Source of the DNA: Lingula anatina
Lineage: Eukaryota > Animalia > Brachiopoda
Assembly (NCBI GenBank): GCA_051362555.1
Contig: CM120641.1
Location: 4,092,001-4,156,000 of the forward strand
Length of the DNA stretch: 64,000 nucleotides
Direction of reading: 5' to 3'
Part shown: one piece after another, positions 1-12,193 of the stretch
Layout of the letters: the number at the start of each line of letters is the position of its first letter
Numbering within the stretch: position 1 is the first letter of the stretch
Notes under the pieces: generated by a model
What the model was told of the DNA's origin: nothing
The model's input: only the letters and a program-made list of their open reading frames with translations
Databases searched by the model: none
Translations under genes and position numbers: made by a program

Positions 1-1545
1 AATATTTGCATTACACCCTAGGGAACATGTCTTCAAGCCCATCATACAGTGCCATATGTTGAATTTTGAATTTGAAAGCTTCAGAAGCATGTCTGCTCTG
101 AAACTCAGGGTACAGTGATCAGAAGAGGGATCAGTGCGTATTCATAACAGTGGACTAATAGATCCACCCATCACATTTGGTGACCCACTTAAAAATTTGC
201 TGCTTAACTCCCAATTAGGTACTGAACAGATCCTCCCCCCCCCCCCCCCTTGCAGTGATTATGCAACAAGCATTCAAGTGGAGCTGCCATATTTGATCCA
301 AGGATCTGTTAGTCTGCTGTTCTGAATGTGCTCTTAGACTGGCTGCCTATGGTTTGAAATGGTTACACCACAGTCTGCTGACAGTGCACTAAGATAGGCT
401 GTCATAACAGGGTTGTAAATGCACCCTTAACTCCTTCCAAGGTGATTGTGCCTTTCCACCTTGATCCTTCGGCTCCTCTCTGACATAATTACATCACAGA
501 CCTCATCCAACAACTTACCTAGTTGACAAGATCTTGTCATGACGTCTAAATCTGTACCTAGATCATCACATTGGCTAACAGCTGTCACATTATCACGACA
601 CGCCCTCCTTATCTCCGGCAGTAAGGACAAGAAACAGAAGATAACATGCCTGACAGACACCTGTTGTGAGGTGATGAAGACGCAGCTAACCTAGTATGCC
701 ATTTCACTGCCCAATCCTAGGGAAAAGGTGGGCAGTTGTCCCTCCTTGACCTTCTAACTAAAAAATAAGCCCCATATTCCCCTTTCAAACTAGAATTTAC
801 TAATCCAGAGGTCATGAATTGTCAAAAAAAAAAGGCTACTGTCAAAATGAAACCACAGTTGGCATACCCTAAAGGCATATGAATGATCTACCTCTGTTTT
901 TTTCTTTTCTTTTTTATTGGTGAAATAGGAGAGTACCACTTAAAGCGGTGTTTAACAATAATGCATACATAACAGAACAATGTGGAGACACAAAATCGTT
1001 AAACATATTTATATTATAGCCTTATGGGTGTGACTTTGCATCTAGTGTAGTTGCCTTTGTTGTCTTCAGATACTTATAAATTTCTTTTTTTTAGATAAAT
1101 ATTATATTAATTATATTAATTTCATATTTCTCAAAATTATATAATTTTAATGACTAATCTAAGTTCATAACAAATGCTCACATGAGTAAGAACATGTCTT
1201 TTGAGCTATTTCTGTAATGAAGGTAGGTCAACATACTGGATCCCCCATAAAAAATTCAATACCACATATTGATCTAAAGCGTATACTTACTGTAATATGT
1301 GAGAGTTACAAGTGACAACAGGACTTATGACAAATGGGGCATCCCTCTGCTCTTTATGACCAACTTTCAAGAAAACTGCTTTTTATCTTAAGCCTTTTTT
1401 CCTTTTCTGTATACATGAAAGTGGAAAATGACAACCATCAAAGAAACTGTACTCAAGCAGAAACATGCTGCTCTTTTCAACTGACTTCTTAGACATAATA
1501 TACTGGAGCCTGTATTTTAAACATTTTCAGTGTGTGATTAAAGCA

Positions 1546-1711
1546 CAGGCCCGTAGCCAGGGGGGTTCAGGGGTTCGAAAGAACCACCCTTTTTGCTGGT
1601 AAAAGGTCCACTTTGGATAAAATTTGATCTAGGCACAAGAAGGTTTTATGGTAAAAAGTCCACTTTTTCAGAAAACGAACCCCCCATTTGAAATTGCTGG
1701 CTACGGGCCTG
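1546..1711. mobile_element. 166-bp MITE with 15-bp TIRs and 5-bp TSD (hAT-like, possibly hAT5)
   Basis: Left end CAGGCCCGTAGCCAG; right end CTGGCTACGGGCCTG (exact reverse complement). AAGCA flanks both sides (1541-1545, 1712-1716). No ORF. Confidence 0.85.
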
Positions 1712-4700
1712 AAGCATTTTAACTTGCTGGGAAATATGTAACAGAATGGTGCTTAGATCAGCACTGCAAGGAAAGGGAACACTAAATAATTAACTGTGCT
1801 GTGAAACTTGGAACAAGATTTCATATTCTGTATATATATATATCAGGTTACTCCTTGTCCAACCTTTTAGAAAAAAAGAACCAGAGCATGTCATCCCTAT
1901 AGCTGAGGCCCTTTTGTCAATTTTCTTTCCACATTATTCAGTAATACTTGGCTAAACTGGAATGATTGTTAAAATGTCGTCCACATATATTGAGCACATC
2001 CATTAAGTCTTAAAATGCTATATTTAGTGCTCTAAAGAACTGAAATAAAGCCAGACTGATTGCCTTTAAACTGATTGATAACTATTCTACTGTTTACATT
2101 GTGGGCGCCTCCTTTTTAAGTTTAGAAGAGATTACAGCCATTTCACACAGGCTTACCCTCAAAATGCACCTTGTGTTTTCTACCTGTCCACCAAATATAT
2201 TACACTTTCAAAATGGTAATAAAGGATTTAAGATCTGCTACTGAAAGCCAATACAATTTTTTTATCGTCATACAAGTATTACTGAACCTTTGAGCAGTGT
2301 TAATACTGTACGTTTAAGCAAGGTTATCTTTATCAAAGCCCAGTGCCACATGAAAAAAATAATTTCATCAGAATGATACTCTACAAATGCACTTCAATGT
2401 TACTAGTTTTCATCAGCAACTACAGCTCACTATGGGATTAATGGTAACACTGCCTATTGCTACGTTAAATAAAGGTAAAAGCTTAGATCACACCTCAATA
2501 TGAGGCCAAAAGTAACAAAATTACTATCTTCATTACGTGATAACATGAATCTTCGGTCCTGTTTTCGCATTACAACAAGCACTTACCAGAGATATATCAC
2601 ACTTATACACAATAATCAACAACACAGAATTGTGAGAGACGAGTTCAGATCCTGTTTCACTTTAGCAAGAATGTCTCCAGGTGATCCCTCCATTCTGGTA
2701 TCATATTTCTTCGACGGCTCACCTGTAAGCGTTTTTGTCGCATAGATGACTGATCAAGTAAGAAACGTACCACCTCCTCTTTTTCCTACATGTCTAACAT
2801 ATAATTCTGCCCTGTTACATATGGCAAGTAGGCTGTAGATGTATGAAGACAATACCCACTGTCTTCTACGTCATTCTGTTTTTCAACACTGAGGAAGGTT
2901 CAATAAAGAACTCATAAATTCATGTTTGGTAACTGCTTAACTGATAAGGCTTAAAATCAACAAAACTCTGTCCAGAAACCTTTAAACTGAAGTCACGAGC
3001 AGCCTGCCTTCCTTAAGTTAAAGGCATGATCAGTTAAGCTGTCCCAGCAACACTGTCTCCAGCTGTGCTTTCTCCCCATTACCTGTCCAGCTTTCACAAT
3101 ACCTGGACACTGGTTTGCATAAGAATTAACACCAGCTGGGTTAATCAAGTCCATAGAAATTCCATACAACTAACGGCTGGATTATATACGTCTATCACTA
3201 CAGTCTTGTGTCTGAACTACTGGTAGGGGTTGGCTGGGTTTAGTCTTTGACTTACCTGAGAAAAATGACTTGTAACCTTATGCCCTGCTCAACATATCTG
3301 GTGTGGACACCTTTATGTACGTCATTTAACTGTTTTGAAATCTTGTTAGGTGCACCTAAACCACACCTTATTTGTTCTGTGAGCAGTTCAATATTTGCAA
3401 AGCACATACGGTGTACAATATACCTTCATTATTTATAGATCAGTTACTATATTCCTCCGTACAAGTTATACATCAAATCTACATTATATCGATGATAACT
3501 AATCACAGAACAAATACTTCTTAGAATGAAAAATCTTTATTGTATATCTTCATACTTGTTACAAAGTATCAAAGGGGACCCGGGCATTTTTATACCTGTT
3601 TCATTTACGGTACTCTGAGTAGATATTAAGTTTTAAAAAACTCAGTACAGATACCTTTCTACAGATGGATACTGGTCACCATTGTCCACTCACATCCAGT
3701 GCTACTGTACACAGACCTTTGTAGGGTTCAATAAGTGGGCAATCAGGTTGAATGGACTTTCCTTATTCAAATTGAGGCGTGATTCAATGAGATCACACCC
3801 ACCCCACCCAATAACAATACAGTGGCTACACCTAGTAGCAATAAAGTGAACTAACAAAGCTATAGAACTGCTATCAAATTGTTTAGACCAGGGGATTTAA
3901 CTTTGATAAGACACAAATGGGAGTGTGTGCGTGTGCTAGGCAGTGGTGGTGTTTTGGTGGGCAACAATATCTCGATGCATGTACCAGTGTAAGAAATATA
4001 TTTCAGCTGAGTGAAGGAAAATCAAGCTTGGTACATGGCTAAAAATTATTCATTCAAAAGGTGAGATGAGATATATAATTTTTTTATGGTCTGATATTGG
4101 TTTTTATCACTAATAAAGTTTCATTAAAATGTTTTAATATTTGCATTAGCTTAAACCATTTCAAAAATTATGACAAACAGACCCTGGGCAGATATCAAGA
4201 GAGTAACTTCAATGAATAATCTAAAAACAAATAGCCACCCATTTTGATCAATTTGTATCAAGACAGATGTATATGGCATTCAAACTTTATTTCATGAAAT
4301 TTAACATCCAAATTATGAGACTACTGTCAACCCCTCTACTTTTATGCCTTCCTCTCTTAAAATCTAACATCAAAAAACAAATTTATAAATATCTCATATA
4401 GCAGCAAAATATAGTCACTTAGCTCAAAAGAAAGGACCTATATACACCATCTAAAAAGATCATAACTAAAAACTTGGGCAACTTGAGCTTTATCAATGTA
4501 AATAATGCTAATACGCAAATACTGTTCACCCACCTGGTTAATCCAAGACATGGCCGTTTTGTCCACTTCAATGTCCCTCTAAATGACCAGCTATCTCAGT
4601 GACACTGACCCCATGTCAGTGCACTTGCCTGGTAGAAATTCTGTTCGTGATAACTTTTGCTTGCTAGGTAGCCAGGATATTTCTATAAGCTTCACTGTCC

Positions 4701-5191
4701 CCTCAGTAAAGTGTTCAAAGGATCAATCTTTTATCACTCCCTCAGAGGTCAGGACCACTAAAGATAACAATGTCTAGGTATTAAAAATATGCTCATTTCA
4801 ATACCAAAAGAAAGGTGCTGGAAAGGAATTTCGGGTCACAGACCAAAGTTGAGCAAGCAAGGGTTAGAATAGTCTTCTTGACTTAAGGTGAACAGAATTT
4901 GATGTGCAGTGACTTGGGTAACAATTTAAAGATTACAATTCAAACACACATACCAAATAATGTTTAAAGAAAGGAATGAGTTGCGTAAAAAGAAAAAGAA
5001 AACATTCTCATGTACAACATTTACGGGACTGAAAAAAAGTGAGTGGGTGGCAGATTTTGCAATGAGATCTTAAATCATAAAATGCTACAGAAAAAATGCA
5101 CAATCATCCATTATATCACTGCATGTGAATTTACTTGGCAGAGATGCTAGTGGGGTCCGGAAAGAAAACCTGAACTTTTTTTTGGCAAAGA

Positions 5192-5192
<1 letters not shown>

Positions 5193-5234
<42 letters not shown>
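5193..5234 (+). repeat. Poly-G tract (~42 nt)
   Basis: Uninterrupted G run seen directly; length may be uncertain in the assembly. Confidence 0.9.
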
Positions 5235-5235
<1 letters not shown>

Positions 5236-5473
5236 ACAAATTGATTATGAAACAATTACTATATTTCAAATTTTATTTAATAAATATATTGCAATATATG
5301 TCTTCACAACTTCATGGTAATTTTCAACAGTTGTTTCCAAGGATAATCTTGACATTGACAAGATGGAAGTGCCATCAGTACATAAACACCTACCACCCAT
5401 AGTAGACAGTAGGCCTAATGATCCCTCACGTAAGCTTGATAATCACCAGCATGATAATGATAGTCACTAAATA

Positions 5474-5803
5474 TTAATCCCTTTCATTTATCATTTTCAA
5501 AGATTGGTAATGGCTTTCGTGGTAATGCCCAAGCAACAAAAATGTGTAAAAACAACTACGTGCTTTGGCATGCTTAGTTGTTTTAGCATGGTTTTTCAGA
5601 GCTTTTTTACCACTGCTTCCGTACCGGATCACGTCGTTGCACCATACACACCAAGCTTCTCCGGGGGACTTTCGCTTCCGAACATAGGTAGAAAAAAAAT
5701 CGTCATTATTGTCCTTTTCCTCCAGCCAACTCCAACTAAATCTATTTTTGACAGTAATGTCGATGTTTCTAATATCGTCTGTTCCCCTCTCCGCGAAATC
5801 CAT
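5474..5803 (-). pseudogene. Truncated transposase N-terminus (BED/TTF-like zinc finger) inside the hAT-like element
   Basis: ORF has WSWLEE...GEAWCVWC...YGSSGKKALKNHAKTTKH (CxxC...HxxxxxH), typical of the N-terminal zinc finger of hAT-type transposases. No catalytic domain follows. Confidence 0.7.
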
Positions 5804-6386
5804 TTAGTTTGGTTTAGTTCAAAATTCCGCGCACGCGGTGTCAAAACTTTCCACATGGGTGCCGACATTAAAGCCTACATTTCCAACCAATCAAGCGCCA
5901 TAAATAAATCACGTGCTACGGTTGTGACTAGATATTGTGTTGAAACGCAGCTCTGTCGCAATGGTTGAAATGCGACGTTCCTCTGACGCATCGTTCGTCC
6001 AGTCCGCGACCACGTTAAAAACGAGAATTCCGGAACAAAATATAGTACCAGAAAATTTTATAACTGGACGCAAAAAACCGGAATTCCGGTAAAAACCGGA
6101 AGACTAGCATCCCTGACTTGGGTATCAAATATGGTTCCCAAACAAATTTGTTTTAAAACTGAGCAGCGTGCTTTCTTTTCAGTTACATAGCAATTAAAAG
6201 TGTTAAGATTCTTTACCTAAATAAAAACTACTTATTACTTATTTATATGGCATTTTAAGAAAAACACTTTGTGAAAGCCTTTGATATTGATTTTATCAGA
6301 TGAAAGTGTTTTTATTAAAAACACATAATGAAAGCCCTTGATTACTGTGACTTTGAATAATTATCCTCTAGTATTTCATTCTTGCT

Positions 6387-6395
6387 CTGTGTGTG

Positions 6396-6428
<33 letters not shown>
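6387..6428. repeat. (TG)n microsatellite
   Basis: Seen directly. Confidence 0.9.
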
Positions 6429-6738
6429 CATATTTAGTTAGCAATCTAGTCTAAAAGATATATGGGTATAAATAATGTTTAACTTAGCAGCTTAAGTCAG
6501 AGCAGAAGTGTTACTGAAATGTCTTCCATACAATTGCTAAAAGCCAGTGTCCGATATTAAACAAATAAAAATGCACAAAATTAATCTGCGGCCCTGGCAA
6601 AGGATAGTAAATATGTGGAAAACAAATTATATATCACTGCAGTACTTTTGGACTGGGGTGTGGGGAAAATTGTAAGACCTGCATGGAAAAGAGAGGTAAA
6701 TCTGTAAAAGATGTGTGGAAACATCAGTACCTTATTAC

Positions 6739-7208
6739 GGGTGTGACTGAAATGCGCAATACACTGCAATACAGCGCAACACAGCGCAATACACTTGATA
6801 ACACAAGTCCAGTTGCAAGTAAACACAGGAAAGGGTAATCTCAAATAAAATAGGGTGATATAAAAGCAAAATATAGTACATAGTAATTAATATTGCTGAT
6901 ACAACTTGACAATTTTTTCATTGTTTGGTCAGCCGCCATGTTGGCGAGTAGCTCTTCTTGGCCAGTAATATATCCAAGAAGAGCCACTCGCCAACATGGC
7001 TGCCAACCGGACAATATAAAAGTCTTGCTGATTTGTTAAGTCATATAAACGATATTACTTACCTAGTAATGTATAGGTTGCTTTTATATCACCCTACTTT
7101 GCTGGGAATGGTCATTTCTTTTGTGTAATTGCAACTGGATTTGATTTTTGAAGTGTATTGCACTGTGTTGCGCTGTATTGCGGTGTATTGCGCATTTCAG
7201 TCACACCG
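6739..7208. mobile_element. 470-bp foldback (Mutator-like) non-autonomous element with 9-bp TSD
   Basis: Ends GGGTGTGACTGAAATGCGCAATAC... / ...GTATTGCGCATTTCAGTCACACCG. The arms pair imperfectly down to a ~12-nt loop at 6962-6973. CCTTATTAC flanks both sides (6730-6738, 7209-7217). Long TIRs plus a 9-bp TSD are MULE hallmarks. Confidence 0.85.
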
Positions 7209-8783
7209 CCTTATTACCAATGCTTTTAATCGTGTGTGCTCTAGTTAGGAAGCCCTGGATGTCTTAAGTTGACATTACATGCAATTTTTTTTTTAGCTTA
7301 TCTGCATATAAGCTTTAGCCCTTTCAGAAAATATATATAAAAATAAATATGGTAGACTTGGATTTATCAAATGCATCAAGTGTCAAATGCTTATGCACTT
7401 CACCTTTACTTAAAAACACAATTAACTGGTAGTCATTGGATATCTCATAGTCATATAGCCAGTGTGTTCTATGTAATAGCAAGTATCTGCTTTAATGAAC
7501 TCTCTGCAGGTGTTAAAACTGCCAAATTAAATGTAATGACTGTCTGGCTACAGACAGTTTCATACTGAAAAAAAGAAAAGAAAAACATCCCCATCGTCCT
7601 CCTTTAGGACTTCATTAGTGGAAAGTTTCTGAAAAAAAATTTAAAATGCTAAGCACTTTATCATTTGTTGAAATAGATATTTTTGCAATGGTGGTAAAAA
7701 TGAAATAAAATAATATTCTAAGACTAACTAAACATCATGTAAACATCAACAATCGCCTACACGAGGTCGAAGCACCGTCGTTTATTCTCTTACAAACGAT
7801 TTATCTATTTTACGACTTAACTTAATCAAGTTCCAAAAGCAGCTCTGAGCTGCAAAATACAAAAATTTGATAGCAGCCACAAAGGTTAAAACATTTTACT
7901 CTTTCTATAAAAACATACATCTATGAAATTGAAATACATGACGTACCGTGTGCCGTTTCATTTATTGCTTGTTACCTTTTTAGTGCCCAGTGCTCGCTAC
8001 GGAAACGATATTAACGAACTTCACTAATAAAAACAATTCTTCATGTGTAAGTTGTTACCAACAAAATCCCAAAGTCTCCCTGAAGTCTAACATGACGGAG
8101 AACGAGAATTAATTGTACCAGTGCATCATCTTGTCATGCTGCAAATTAGGTACTAAGTCTCGCTTTCGATGTTTGGTGCATTAGTTGAGACAAGTTGTAA
8201 TGAGATTGTTCATGTTTCTCAACAACCGCAATATGGATGTGCAAAAGACCAAAACCAGTTTTATATCAAATGTAAAGGATATTGAAGTTTTGAAGAATTT
8301 TTAATTGCAGTAAAAGTTTTAAATTGCTGTCAGTCAAATTTTGTAATTATGTTATGAAAGCCATAAAATTTTTGATTAAAATTAATAGCCTTCTATGCAT
8401 ACATCCATTCAAAAGCATCAATACTTTATCGAAATATACTTTATTTGATCTGGATTAGATGAACCCAGCAGCATATATGAAGACCAAGTCACCAAAATAT
8501 ATAATATATAATTGGTTCCTGTTCTTAGACATGTCAAATCATTAGCCTTTGTATTCTAGTAAATTCAAGATTCATATTTTGCAATGATGAGAGCATCTCT
8601 ATGGCAAGCACTGAATCAATTCGGAAGCACTGAATCAATTCTGAGTTGATAATTACAACTAATCACAAATCTAATCACTTAAATAAAAAATTAATTTTCT
8701 GTATCCAAAGTTTTATTATTGATAACCAATATGTGGCTTCACTTAAATAGTTATAACCTTTAAACTTTATGTATATTTGTTTA

Positions 8784-8784
<1 letters not shown>

Positions 8785-8821
<37 letters not shown>
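8785..8821. repeat. Poly-A tract (poly-U on the DRG2 strand, probably in its 3' UTR)
   Basis: Seen directly. Confidence 0.85.
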
Positions 8822-8822
<1 letters not shown>

Positions 8823-9360
8823 AGGCCTCATATGGAGAATTTATACTATTGAGATAAGGTAATAAATGTCAGGAAAACTGAAATTAAAAAAAGTTATTTG
8901 AAAAATACACTTGGATACAGTGTTAGCTGAAGATGGCACTGGGCAAAAAGTAACAAAAATGTGACATTAATCTGTTTTATTAATTATCACGTCAGTCATT
9001 TGTTTCCTTTGCCTTCTAGCATCATGGCAGCATTCACACTATACAAAATAATGTGCTTTTCTGATCCTTAGAACCAACACTTTTTTATGCTTATATTTTG
9101 TCCACAAATAGTTTTCTAAAAAAAATGGCATGTGTACCAAATTCTGAAATCTAGTGTTGCACTTGAAGTTACTGGTTTTAATAAAATCTACTGAAGTACA
9201 GTGAAAAAAATGTTTTACATGATGTCCAGTATTTGCACATTTTCTCAACCACTTCATTGGTTCTCACTAGATTAAGCCGACTCATTTCAGTATTAGTCCA
9301 GGTGCTGCTTTGTAGATAGTTGCCCCCATCCCCTTTCCAGAAAAAAAATTCCACAAATTC

Positions 9361-12162
9361 TCAGAGGTTAGAAACAATACATATAACATCGTCTTGCTCC
9401 ATTTTATGTTGTAATCCAACCCTCTGGGGACTGAACTTGACACTTGTACCCTGTAATAAAAGAAACAATTTCCAATTATACAAAAATTGTCATGTAAAAT
9501 GGACCTTATGGACCCTTATATATCTTTTAAATCAGTGACTAAAACTGAATTAAAATGAGTCCTTTTATTCTATTTCCTATCATTTTTCTTTTATTTACTA
9601 ATTACAATGAAAATAAATTAAGAACCTACTCAAAACCCTGAGAAAGCACTTACCCAAACCAATGCATATTTAAATTTTTCCACCATTGTTCTGTGGACAG
9701 AATGGCACTGAAACATATATATATATATAAGAAACATATCTAGACCTTTCATAGCTTCCACTCTAATATTTGGTAAAAAGAAACATTATAAAAGGTATGT
9801 CAAGTATAAACAGTATCTAAATGACACACAGTCTCTAATATTGCCTCATAAGATTACTCAATTATAAATACCTTAAGACTTTAAAATAATCTAATTTTTG
9901 TTGTGATATTTTTTAACATTCTCAAAAATTAACAAACTTCACTTGAAATATTTCTGCAACATCAAGCAATCAACAAAAATCTCTGAGGTTTGATGTGCAG
10001 AATGAGGATTGCACAGTTCAGAAGAAACTACACTGCAATGAAAAATAAGACAAAATCTAGTTCTATAAGGCAGCAACTTACCACATGTTCTACTGTCGAT
10101 CCATTTCTCATTATAAGTGCTTCACCCTCACCAAAGTCAGGACGTGCTGGAACAACATGAAACTTTAATCATCACTGACTGGACAATGTCTTAAAAAAAG
10201 ATTCATTAATAAAATAATGGAGATTATCATAAAATGTAGACCAAAAACATGCAAATAAAAATTATTGAGGTTAAATTTTGATGAAATGACTTTCTTCTGT
10301 GAATATGGACTCAAAATGCAAATGTACCTATAGGTTGGAAGTGATCTGGGGTGGTAGGGTGGGGGATGGGGATGGTAAGAATATTATTTGCTTAGAAAAA
10401 CAAAACTCAGCCTGGATTTGAATCTTGATTAAGACATTTGTGTAAATACATGATAATCATTTGTTTGTCGAGAAAATTACTTTCCTCTTATGTGGATGTG
10501 ATTCCTGTGTATCGTAGTACACATGTTGAGCATATGCTAATGATATGACAAGTGTGTATGTGTGTGTGTGTGACATCATGGCTTTACCTCCTCTTCTTTT
10601 TGTGAATATTCTGATCAAGTCCAGGTGCTCCCAGACCTTGTCCACCAAATAATCCAAGTTTAATTTCATATTGCAACTGAAAAACAAAACAAAAACAAAC
10701 TAATAAACAAGTAAACCAGAATCTTCATAAGCAATTTAAAGTTAATTTACACCCCAAGGAAAAAAGTTTTTCACTTCAAACATAACTTTTTATGAGAACT
10801 GATGACAGACAGCACTATGCAGTACATTTGTGCAAGTATTTTGATTAAAATTTTTAAGTAGGTAAATGCGATAAAATACAACTTAAGAATAACAAACTCA
10901 CGCACCTTACAACTACTGTGTGGGGTTCCCTGGCCAGCTTATCTACTTCTTCTATAGAAATCTGGTCAATTTTGTTATAAACCTGGGTAACAAAAGGACA
11001 CAAAATATACATTTAAGATTCTATGTTTTGTTTTTCAACTCAGAAAACAAGAATACTTTTTACTTAATATGTTTCCAAACAACACAATGTTATCACGGTC
11101 AAAATGGCTTTATGTTTTTATGTTTTTTTCAAAAAGCCCTCTTACAAAGATATTGTTAACTATAACAAGAACAAAGGAATCACTTACATATAAGCAAGGC
11201 AGGTATTTTCTGTTGTCAAGTATCACATCAATAAACTGATCTGGTGTGGCGTCTTCTCTGAAGAGTACTTCACAGTTAAATATTTCTGGCAAAAATTATG
11301 GAGAAAATAACAGGATGTTTCTTTCTTATAAAATGGTTGTATGATCTCTTTTGGAGCAAAAAAAAAAAAGGGCGTACTTTTATAAACTTAAAATGGAGAT
11401 CAGAAATAATTTTCTTGCGCTTAATATCATTATATGAAACATTTTATAACATCTCTAAGTAATTCTAATTATATCTGTGGCATTCTGTGTAGGGAAATGT
11501 ATGAACAATTATGGCAAAAATGATTTTCCACAAACCAAAAAAACTTCTCAAAGGATACTGTATTCATGTAAAATCATCTGTACCATCTTCTCATTGCACT
11601 TGGTTAATGGTAAAGTGGAGTTAAAGGACAGGCCACCAGCTTTTTTGGGCTGTAATGAAATATATATAAATATAGTGTAGATATCTTCAATATAAGATTA
11701 GAATGGTTGAATATCATACAAAAGAAAATTAATTAAACTTTCTAAGTATCTTTACATTAATTGTAACGTGTTTAATTCCTAATACCTAACTATAAAGTTA
11801 TATATTTGAATAGTAAATAACAGTAAATAGTAACCACACAGCTTAATGTCTTGCAGCTCTTATAATACCTACAAATTGCAAATCATTGGATAATGTAAAC
11901 CAGAGGTCAAAATTATAACATGGACAGACATCCAAACACCACATGTGTAGCTAGGCTTAACTAATTTGAGATATTACACGCAAGTTCCTCTGACAAAAAC
12001 AATACCTTGAAATAAATGTTAGGCTTCGTTTGGTTTAACCTGATGCCAACAGTTTCCAACTCCTTTTCTAACAGCTCCCTAAAACAGTAAATTTCTTATG
12101 TACATTCAATTGATGATCTGCATTGTCAAAAATAATTACATGTCATACCAAAGATCTATTTT

Positions 12163-12193
<31 letters not shown>

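Larger units (their letters stand above)
5139..6115 (-). mobile_element. Internally deleted hAT-like DNA transposon with 6-bp TSD
   Basis: TIRs CAGAGATGCTAGT / ACTAGCATCCCTG (1 mismatch). ACTTGG flanks both sides (5133-5138, 6116-6121). Subterminal CCGGAA/TTCCGG repeats near the right end. Contains a truncated transposase-like ORF. Confidence 0.8.

Noticed and set aside
427-660. 77-aa minus-strand ORF
   Set aside because: Non-ATG start, no recognisable homology or clear exon partners.
5504-5968. 154-aa plus-strand ORF
   Set aside because: Antisense to the transposase fragment; no recognisable motif.
8606-8641. Short direct duplications (also 19912-19950, 22965-23002, 32917-32940)
   Set aside because: Ordinary slippage duplications of 2-4 copies; no spacer structure, not CRISPR-like.
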